64,000 nucleotides of DNA from NCBI GenBank assembly GCA_017428025.1, contig JAFRRO010000028.1, forward strand, positions 3,304 to 67,303. Direction: 5' to 3'. Positions within the stretch are counted from its first letter, which is position 1; every line of letters begins with the position of its first letter. Position numbers and translations under genes: made by a program. This stretch comes from Clostridia bacterium. Lineage in GTDB: Bacteria > Bacillota > Clostridia > Christensenellales > CAG-138. Of this stretch, positions 45,942 to 53,605 are shown piece by piece. The notes beneath the pieces were generated by a model that searched no databases, had not been told where the DNA came from, and saw only the letters and a program-made list of their open reading frames with translations.

Positions 45942-45995
45942 GTTTTACCATCCTTTCTGCAACAGCGCTGCAGGAAATCGTCCCTCAGCGCTGTT

Positions 45996-46817
45996 CACAT
46001 ATACGACTCGATCGGGCCGGACGCGGTTCGTGCGGCGAAAAGCGCCCGCTGGATCTGCGCTGCCCGCGCCGGCGTCAATACGCTGTGCGATGCGTCCCTC
46101 TATCGGAATCCGGATTGCATCCTGTCCAATTCCTGCGGCGCGTACGGCGTCACGGTTGCGGAGCACACCGTCATGCTGCTGCGGCGGCGGCGGCAGCCGG
46201 AAAACGACGCCGCCCTCCGCGCGGGCGGGTGGAAGCCGGAACAGAAACAGATTATGACGGTATCCGGCAGCCGGATCACCGTGCTCGGGACGGGTGATCT
46301 CGGCAGCCGCTTTGCAGAGCGGATCCGTGCGTTCCATCCGAAAAAGCTGCTCGGCGTCCGCAAAAATCCGGAAAAAGAAAATCCGCTGTTCGATGAAATC
46401 CGCGGAATTTCCGAGCTCGAACAAGTTCTGCCGGAGACGGATATCCTCGTAATGTGCCTCCCGGACACCAAAGAAACGGCCGGACTGATGTCCGCCGAGC
46501 GGATCGCGCTGCTTCCGAAGGAGAGCTGTCTCATCAACGTCGGTCGCGGCACCGCTGTGGACCAGTCCGCTCTTTTGAGCGCACTGTCTTCAGGGCGGCT
46601 CAACGGCGCAGCGCTGGATGTCGTCGATCCGGAACCGCCCGCGTCGGATGATCCGGTTCGGCACACCGACAGCCTGATCCTCACGCCGCACGTCGCAGGA
46701 AACACCAATAATCGCCTTTCGATAGACAACCTGATCGATCTATTCTGCGCCGAGTTCGAGCGCTACGTTTCCGGCAAACCGCTTCTGCATCGGATCGACC
46801 GCAAAAGAGGGTACTGA
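45996..46817 (+). pseudogene. D-isomer-specific 2-hydroxyacid dehydrogenase, 5'-truncated
   Basis: Homology begins at ..ARWICAARAGVNTL and runs through the NAD-binding domain (VLGTGDLG, GRGTAVDQ, PHVAG). The N-terminal catalytic-domain part (roughly 60-70 aa) is missing. The first in-frame ATG is at 46173. Confidence 0.55.
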
Positions 46818-46860
46818 CGCCATATTTGAATGCGGGAAAACAGACAAAACGCGGAGGGTA

Positions 46861-46990
46861 TACGCGTGTAATCCCGTGATTTCCGGACAGATTGAACCAA
46901 AAGAAAAACGCCGAAAACCCGGGCATTCTGCCGCTTATCGCAAAACTGCCGGGATTTTTGGCAGTTTTGCGCTTTACAGCCGACCTGCCG
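46861..46990 (-). repeat. Island-repeat-related element, copy 3 (inverted, diverged, G+C-richer)
   Basis: The reverse complement aligns with copies 1 and 2. The core is GGCGTTTTTC(A/T)TTTGGTTCAATC, and the imperfect stem is preserved by a compensatory change. It lies in the convergent spacer after the L,D-transpeptidase-like gene. Confidence 0.6.
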
Positions 46991-47006
46991 TCACTTAAGG
47001 GGAACG

Positions 47007-47774
47007 TTATCTTTCGACGGGCCAGACGCCGGAAGGCCAATCCGCGCCGCCGGAGAGGGCGTCGTAGGTATCAATCACCACGACCGTGTCCGCGTCGACG
47101 CGCCGCATGACAAACCGCATATGGTCCTCCGGGATGGCGACGCAGCCGCCGGTATACGGCTTGACCGGACCGAAGCAGTGCAGAAAGATCGCGGAGCCGA
47201 GACCCGGCGTGCCTTCTTCGTTGTAACTGATGTTCAGACAGTACCGGTAGTGATAGACGTAGTCGATGATATGCTCGGAGTCGCCGCTTTCGATATCGAG
47301 ACCCGGCAGATCTTTGAGATCGACGAGCTCGTTATAGCGGTACCCCTCGCGCGGATCGCCCGACCAATAGGTATCGTTGTCCACCTTGACGTAGGGGATC
47401 AATGAGCCCGGATCGTCGGCAATGCCGAAGGCCCGATTGAAGCGAAACACGCCGACCGGCGTCTTGGCGTCGCCCTCGCGCGTTTTGCCGAGACCGTTCC
47501 TGCCGATGAAGCCCGGCGTCGTCATGACCATGTGCCAGCTTCCGTCGCTCTGCTTTTCGTGCAGCGAGATCCACGCGTCCGTCGCGTCCTCCGATAACGC
47601 CGCGACGACAAAGATCTGCTTTGCGTCCTTCGCGGCTTCCAGCATCGCGACCCACGCCGGCGAAGCGACGTCGATCCCCTGATACTCCGCGGTATTCGCT
47701 GCCTGCCTGGCGCATCCGATCAGCAAAAGACAAAGAAACAGGCACGCCGCGAGAAAACAAACGGTTCTTTTCAT
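47007..47774 (-). CDS. L,D-transpeptidase-family (YkuD-like) lipoprotein
   Basis: The ATG at 47774 follows AGGAG. It has a lipobox (LLLIGC), and a conserved His followed by the catalytic Cys motif: GSAIFLHC...TGGCVAI. Confidence 0.75.
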   Translation of the reverse strand: MKRTVCFLAACLFLCLLLIGCARQAANTAEYQGIDVASPAWVAMLEAAKDAKQIFVVAALSEDATDAWISLHEKQSDGSWHMVMTTPGFIGRNGLGKTREGDAKTPVGVFRFNRAFGIADDPGSLIPYVKVDNDTYWSGDPREGYRYNELVDLKDLPGLDIESGDSEHIIDYVYHYRYCLNISYNEEGTPGLGSAIFLHCFGPVKPYTGGCVAIPEDHMRFVMRRVDADTVVVIDTYDALSGGADWPSGVWPVER

Positions 47775-47854
47775 ACGATACTCCTGTGTACGGTTTCCGA
47801 TTCGTATTTCTTTCCGAAGACCCCTTCGGACGTAACGAACGTATATCACAACCC

Positions 47855-47935
47855 GTCCAACAAATGTCCAACAGCCGCGTAGATTTCGATTCAATACATG
47901 GAAATCCGGCAAAATGTGTTGGACATTTGTTGGAC
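47855..47935. promoter_or_regulatory. 19-bp perfect inverted repeat (GTCCAACAAATGTCCAACA ... TGTTGGACATTTGTTGGAC) in a divergent promoter region
   Basis: The arms are 47855-47873 and 47917-47935, with a 43-nt spacer. Each arm is a tandem of TGTTGGACA. It lies between divergent genes starting at 47774 (-) and 47988 (+). Confidence 0.65.
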
Positions 47936-47987
47936 AGGATTTGTTATATTATAATGATTTTATAAGGAATCCGGGAAAGGAATAAAA

Positions 47988-48788
47988 ATGAGGAACAAAC
48001 GAATTGCAATCCTTCTCATTTGCGCGCTGCTGATCGGCACGGGGCTTTTCGGCTGCGCAAAGGCCGAACCGCAGCGGATCGGCATCGTTTCGGCGATGGA
48101 CAACGAGGTCGCGCTGCTGCTGAAAGAGGCGAAGATCGACCGCGTGGACACCTTCGGCGGCGTGGATTTTCACGTGGGAACGCTGCAGGGACAGCCGGTC
48201 GTGATCATGCGCTCCGGCATCGGCAAGGTGCTTTCCGCATCCGCGCTGACGGCAATGCTGAACCGCTATTCGATCTCCGAGGTGATCTTCACCGGCATTG
48301 CGGGCGGCGTCGGCGACGAAACGCGGGTGCTCGATCAGGTGATTGCCACGCGCCTCGTGCAGCATGATTACGGCACGATGACGAACGACGGCTTTGTGTG
48401 GGCGAACGGCGTGACCGACGGGGAAGCGGGCGAAAAGGATTACTATTTCTGCGATTCCGCTCTTGTGGATCTTGCGTACAATTGCGCCGTCGAGGTGATC
48501 GGAAAGGAGCACGTCTTCAAGGGTACGATCGCGACCGGCGATCAGTTTGTCGCGTCCGAAGCATACGTGAAGACGCTGCAAACGCAGTTCGACGCCATCG
48601 CCTGCGAAATGGAGGGGGCTTCGATCGCGGCGGTCTGCACGCAGTATCGGGTCCCGTTCGTGGTGATCCGCTGCATGTCGGACAAGGCGGACGGCAACGC
48701 GCACGACAGCGTGGAAAATATGGGCGATCTTGCCGCGGACAATTCAAGCCGGATCGTCATGCGGATGCTCGACGCCATGGGTCGGTAA
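47988..48788 (+). CDS. mtnN: 5'-methylthioadenosine/S-adenosylhomocysteine nucleosidase with lipoprotein signal peptide
   Basis: It has a lipobox (IGTGLFGCA) followed by a full Pfs/MTAN domain (IGIVSAMDNE..., FTGIAGG, CEMEGASIA, SDKAD). Confidence 0.85.
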   Translation: MRNKRIAILLICALLIGTGLFGCAKAEPQRIGIVSAMDNEVALLLKEAKIDRVDTFGGVDFHVGTLQGQPVVIMRSGIGKVLSASALTAMLNRYSISEVIFTGIAGGVGDETRVLDQVIATRLVQHDYGTMTNDGFVWANGVTDGEAGEKDYYFCDSALVDLAYNCAVEVIGKEHVFKGTIATGDQFVASEAYVKTLQTQFDAIACEMEGASIAAVCTQYRVPFVVIRCMSDKADGNAHDSVENMGDLAADNSSRIVMRMLDAMGR

Positions 48789-48852
48789 ACCCGAAGCCTG
48801 CGCACAAAACAGGCGGTCGGCATACGAATACGCGATTAACAGGAGGCAGCCA

Positions 48853-49788
48853 ATGAAACAGAAAAAGAAATCGGATGCTTTGTGCATCAACAGGATCCGG
48901 TGCATCCTTGCGATCATCGCTTGCTCGTTGCTCTGCATTCTGGTCTTTTTTGGAGTGTGCATCCAATTACTGGATGAACCGAACCCCGAGATCCAGGAGG
49001 TCGGATGGAAAACCTATCACCTTTTTACGATCCTGTCAAACATGCTGATGGCCGGGGCGACCGCGATGTGTATTCCGTACGCGGTGGACGGCTTGCGCAA
49101 TCATAATTATCACCTGCCGCGGTGGTACGTTGACCTGATGTTTACGGGAACCGTCGGCGTTGCCGTGACGTTTTTGGTCGCGGCTGCGGTTCTTTCGCCC
49201 GCGGCGGGCTTTTACCGCGTGATGATCTGGAAAAACAACCTGTATCTGCATACGATCTGCCCGCTGCTGTCCATCCTGCTGTTTCTCTTTGTCAATTCCG
49301 ACCATAAGATCCGGTTCGGAAGCACCTTTATCGCGGTGATTCCCGTCACGGCATACGCGCTGGTTTATCTTGTCATGGTGTTTGTGATCGGCGAAGACGC
49401 GGGCGGATGGAGAGACCATTACCAGATCCGGACCATCGCGGATCATCTGCCGCTGCCGGTCATCCTGCTTCTCATGTGCGGCATTAGCTTCGGACTGGCG
49501 ACGCTTCTGCGCGTCATCCATAACGCGATCCACAGCCGCAGAAAGGCCGATCTGGAACGATACTACCAGACGGCGGACGCCTTTGACCGTCCGGATATTC
49601 ACTCTGCGATCAAAGCGCTGGCAGATACGGATCGCCTTCATGATACGGACGGTGAATTGATCGTGCCGCGCCGTATTCTGAACATGATGGAGAAAAAATA
49701 CAAGAGCGGCCTTTCCGCCGGGGAACTGTGCGATCTGTATATCAAGGCGTTTTACTGCGAAGAACCGGAGAAAGATCATGAGCAGTGA
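48853..49788 (+). CDS. Multi-pass membrane protein, paralog of 5633-6526
   Basis: AGGAGG precedes the ATG at 48853. It shares motifs with the first copy (see that entry). Confidence 0.7.
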   Translation: MKQKKKSDALCINRIRCILAIIACSLLCILVFFGVCIQLLDEPNPEIQEVGWKTYHLFTILSNMLMAGATAMCIPYAVDGLRNHNYHLPRWYVDLMFTGTVGVAVTFLVAAAVLSPAAGFYRVMIWKNNLYLHTICPLLSILLFLFVNSDHKIRFGSTFIAVIPVTAYALVYLVMVFVIGEDAGGWRDHYQIRTIADHLPLPVILLLMCGISFGLATLLRVIHNAIHSRRKADLERYYQTADAFDRPDIHSAIKALADTDRLHDTDGELIVPRRILNMMEKKYKSGLSAGELCDLYIKAFYCEEPEKDHEQ

Positions 49789-50584
49789 GTATACGTATTA
49801 CAGAGACGGCTTTTTCGGATACGGACCAGACGGGACCTTCCGCGCCTACACGCTGATGCACTTTATGCCGATCCTCGTTACCGTCGGGCTGTTGATCCTC
49901 GTATGGTACGGGAGACGTCGGCTGAGAGAATGGAAGGGAGAGACCCATCTTCGGTTTCTTCTTTCGTTTGCCATGTTTGTGATGGAGTTCAGCTATTTCT
50001 GCTGGCTGCTGTACGTCGGGGACGACAGCGGGAAAAACCTGATGATGGCAAAGCTTCCCCTCCACGTCTGCGATATGGGATTGATCTGCTGTATGTTTAT
50101 GGTGCCGTCAAAAAATCGCACGCTTTTCGGCATCAATTTCTTCATTACCCTGTTCGGCGCAACACTTTCCTGTATCGTTCCGCAGACGGTGCTGACAAAC
50201 GTCGGTCCTATGCACTATCGGTATTACCAGTTTTTCGGCGAACACCTGATCCCCATTTTCGGAACGGTTTATATGATGACGGTTCATGGAATGAGACCGC
50301 GTTACCGGGATATCTGGATCAGCGTCGGCGTTCTTTCGGCAATGCTCGTTCCGAGCCTTGCGCTGAACGAAGCTTACCCCGGTTCGGACTATCTGTTTTT
50401 GAAGCTGGATCTGCCGCTGCTTCCGGACGATCAGTATCTGCGGGCCGGGATCTACGCGGTGCTGATCACCGCCGTATTCCATGTGATGTGGCTTCTCTGG
50501 CGGCTGTATCTGCGCGGCAGAGAAAAAAGAGCGGGAGGGAACCGTAAAGCGAGACGATCGGGGATACCGGAAACAGATTCTTGA
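49778..50584 (+). CDS. YwaF/TIGR02206-like integral membrane protein
   Basis: 268 aa with about 7 TM segments. It has an LPLHVCD motif typical of this family, which I recall from memory. It overlaps the upstream gene by 11 nt. Confidence 0.65.
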   Translation: MSSEYTYYRDGFFGYGPDGTFRAYTLMHFMPILVTVGLLILVWYGRRRLREWKGETHLRFLLSFAMFVMEFSYFCWLLYVGDDSGKNLMMAKLPLHVCDMGLICCMFMVPSKNRTLFGINFFITLFGATLSCIVPQTVLTNVGPMHYRYYQFFGEHLIPIFGTVYMMTVHGMRPRYRDIWISVGVLSAMLVPSLALNEAYPGSDYLFLKLDLPLLPDDQYLRAGIYAVLITAVFHVMWLLWRLYLRGREKRAGGNRKARRSGIPETDS

Positions 50585-50605
50585 AGCCGGAGGATGGCAG
50601 GTTTG

Positions 50606-53605
50606 ATGAAACAAAAAACGAAGCGTAAAGGATTGGCGGTTCTCTGCATCGCGGCAGGTCTGTTCCTGCTGCTCGGCTGCGCAAAACCCGGCAGCGAGCC
50701 GATCACCTCGCTGGAACAGTTGGGTGAGGCGGGCAGAAAGATCGGCGTGCAGGGCGACATGATGGAGTTTGACATGCTGAAGCGCGATTACCCGAACGCC
50801 GAGGTTCTGGCTTACAACGATTGTACCGCGGCGTACGAGGACGTTGCAAAAGGTCGCCTCGACGCGTTCGTATACGCAAGGCGTGAAATGGAATTTGCGC
50901 TTGCGAACGGAACGAAAGGCGTTCGTCTTCTGGACGAAAATTACAGCGTTAATACCGTTGCGGTCGGCATTTCTCCGAAAGCGGCCGTCACGGACCTGCA
51001 GGGCAGGATCAACGCGTTTCTTGCGGAGTGCAGAGCGGACGGCACGCTCGACGATATGTATCTGAGATGGGTGATAAACGGCGACGAGACGATGCCGGAC
51101 ATTGCCGTGCCGGAGAATCCTTCGACGCACCTCAGAGTCGGCACCGCGGGTACAGCCTTGCCGTATTCCTACTTCGCCGGAACGGAGCTTGCGGGTTACG
51201 ACATCGAGCTTGCGTACCGCTTTGCCGCGTGGCTCAATGCGGACGTGGAGTTTAAAATCTACGATTTCGGCGGCATCGTTGCGGCGGCACAGAGCGGCGA
51301 CGTGGACTGCATTATGTCCAACCTCTATATCACGCCGGAGAAAGCGGAAGCGATCCCGTTTTCCGATCCGCTGTTCGACGTCGAGATCACGGCGATGGTG
51401 CGCGACGACGGCACAGCGCAAGGATCCGCAAGCGGCACGGTGCGTTGGCAGGACTATAACGGCAAAAAGCTCGGCGTGCTCGTGGGGCCTTTGATGGAGG
51501 ACGCGGCAAAGGCATTCTTTCCCGACAGCGAATATCTGCTCTTCGACAGCTATCCGGACTGCGTGACCGCGCTTCTCGCCGGAAAGATCGACGGCTTTTT
51601 GGGCGACGAGCCGGGGGTGAAATCGATCCGCGCGGAGCAGCCCAAGGTCGATTACATTCATGAAAGCCTGACCGAAAACAACTACAGCTTTGCGTTTCGC
51701 AAGGACGATCAAAAAAGCGCCGCGCTCTGCAGGGAGTTCAACGCGTTTTTGAAAAAGTGCTGGGAAGACGGCACGATGGAGGAGCTCGACGTCTGGTTCG
51801 GCGTCGACGAAGCGAAAAAGACGGTCGATATGTCGGGCCTTTCCGGCGAAAACGGTACCATCCGGGTCGTCACGACGTCTACCGATATGCCGTGGTCGTA
51901 CATCAAGGACGGCAAACACGTCGGCTACGACATCGATCTCGTCGTGCGCTTCTGCCGGGATCGCGGCTACGCTCTGGAGATCGGGGACGTGGACTTTGCG
52001 GGCAGGATCCCCGCGATCCAATCCGGCAAATACGATTTTACCACCGATATGAACGTGACGCCGGAGCGCATGGAGCAGGTGCTCTTTTCCGATCCGACCA
52101 GTCACGGCGGGATCGTGCTTGCGGTTCGCGCGTCCGATCTTGCGGCGTCGATCCAGCCTGAATCCGCGGCGGAATACAGCGAGTATTCCGACTTGAGCGG
52201 CAAAAGAGTATCCATGCTCACCGGCGCGCCGTTTGAGGAGCTAGTACGCAGCAAGGTACCGGATGTGGGAGAGTTTTCTTATTTCAACAGCGCCCCAGAT
52301 ACGATCCTGGCTCTGAAATCCGGGAAGACGGATGCGTTTTTGACCAATAACGCGGTGGGGGCATTGGCTGTGAATCGAAACCCCGAGCTTGCGCTGTTTC
52401 CGCAGGACCTGGACACCAGCGCTTTCGGCATCGCCTTTGCAAAGGGCGACCCGGCGCGGGATATGTGGCAGGCGGCGTATGATGCGATATCGGAAGAAAC
52501 GAAGAATGCGCTGTGGGAAAAATGGACGGGCTCGGACGACAGCGTCAAGCTTCTCCCTGAGCAGGACTGGCCCGGCAGTAACGGCACGGTGCAGGCGGCC
52601 GTATGCGATTCGCTTGAGCCAATGAGCTATATGGGCAATGGCGGACAGCTCATAGGGTTCGATATCGAGATGATTCTGCTGATGGCAAAGGAGCTGGACG
52701 TCCATGTGGAGTTCACCGGCATGGAGTTTTCCGCGATCATGTCGTCGGTACAGGCGGGCAAGGCACTGCTCGGCGCGGGCTCCATCATCGCCACGGATGA
52801 GCGAAAGCAGTCTGTTGATTTCGTAGAATACTACCCTGCGGCGTTCGTATTGGTAGTGCGGGCTTTCAGGATTGAGACCGGCGGGAGCTTCCTGTCCGCG
52901 ATCGCTGACAGTTTCCAAAAGACCTTTATCCGTGAAAACCGCTGGAAGCTCTTTTTGAAAGGGATCGGCACGACGATGCTGATCACCGTGCTGTCGGTCC
53001 TGTTCGGAACGATCCTCGGCTTTGCGGTGTTCATGCTCTGCCGAAACGGCAACCCGGCTGCAAATTTCATCACACGGTTTTTCGTGTGGCTCGTGCAGGG
53101 CATGCCGGCGGTCGTGCTCTTAATGATCCTCTATTACATCATCTTCGGCAGGGTCAATATCTCCGGCGCGGCGGTGTCTGTGGTGGGCTTTACGCTCGTG
53201 TTCGGCTCCGCGGTCTTCGGAATGCTGCGCGTAGGCGTCGGCGCGATCGATAAAGGACAGCTCGAAGCGGCGTATACCCTGGGCTATACGAACCGCAAAG
53301 CGTTCTTCCGCATCATACTGCCGCAGGCGCTCCCGCATTTCATGCCCGCGTATAAGGGCGAGATCACCGCGCTGATCAAGGCGACCGCCGTGGTCGGCTA
53401 CGTCGCCGTGCAGGACCTTACCAAAATGGGCGACATCGTGCGAAGCCGTACCTACGAGGCGTTCTTCCCGCTGATCGCCGTCGCGATCATCTACTTCATC
53501 CTTGCGGCGATCCTGACCTTCCTTGTGAACCGGATCGAGATCCGCATCGATCCGCGCCGCAGATCGAAACAGCAGATCCTGAAGGGGGTGAAGACCGATG
53601 ATTGA
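50606..53605 (+). CDS. Amino-acid ABC importer: lipid-anchored multi-substrate-binding-domain region fused to the permease
   Basis: It has a lipobox (FLLLGC) and about 735 aa of SBP_bac_3-like sequence. The C-terminal polar-amino-acid permease carries the EAA loop (EAAYTLGYTNRKAFFRIILPQA). Confidence 0.88.
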   Translation: MKQKTKRKGLAVLCIAAGLFLLLGCAKPGSEPITSLEQLGEAGRKIGVQGDMMEFDMLKRDYPNAEVLAYNDCTAAYEDVAKGRLDAFVYARREMEFALANGTKGVRLLDENYSVNTVAVGISPKAAVTDLQGRINAFLAECRADGTLDDMYLRWVINGDETMPDIAVPENPSTHLRVGTAGTALPYSYFAGTELAGYDIELAYRFAAWLNADVEFKIYDFGGIVAAAQSGDVDCIMSNLYITPEKAEAIPFSDPLFDVEITAMVRDDGTAQGSASGTVRWQDYNGKKLGVLVGPLMEDAAKAFFPDSEYLLFDSYPDCVTALLAGKIDGFLGDEPGVKSIRAEQPKVDYIHESLTENNYSFAFRKDDQKSAALCREFNAFLKKCWEDGTMEELDVWFGVDEAKKTVDMSGLSGENGTIRVVTTSTDMPWSYIKDGKHVGYDIDLVVRFCRDRGYALEIGDVDFAGRIPAIQSGKYDFTTDMNVTPERMEQVLFSDPTSHGGIVLAVRASDLAASIQPESAAEYSEYSDLSGKRVSMLTGAPFEELVRSKVPDVGEFSYFNSAPDTILALKSGKTDAFLTNNAVGALAVNRNPELALFPQDLDTSAFGIAFAKGDPARDMWQAAYDAISEETKNALWEKWTGSDDSVKLLPEQDWPGSNGTVQAAVCDSLEPMSYMGNGGQLIGFDIEMILLMAKELDVHVEFTGMEFSAIMSSVQAGKALLGAGSIIATDERKQSVDFVEYYPAAFVLVVRAFRIETGGSFLSAIADSFQKTFIRENRWKLFLKGIGTTMLITVLSVLFGTILGFAVFMLCRNGNPAANFITRFFVWLVQGMPAVVLLMILYYIIFGRVNISGAAVSVVGFTLVFGSAVFGMLRVGVGAIDKGQLEAAYTLGYTNRKAFFRIILPQALPHFMPAYKGEITALIKATAVVGYVAVQDLTKMGDIVRSRTYEAFFPLIAVAIIYFILAAILTFLVNRIEIRIDPRRRSKQQILKGVKTDD

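Larger units (their letters stand above)
37545..45995. mobile_element. Lower-G+C mosaic island (decayed mobilisable element(s) plus cargo)
   Basis: There is a sharp compositional change by eye. It contains a relaxase relic, efflux/regulator cargo, gene fragments and 174-bp direct repeats. The genes on both flanks (TerS-like and a 2-hydroxyacid dehydrogenase) are truncated. Confidence 0.65.
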
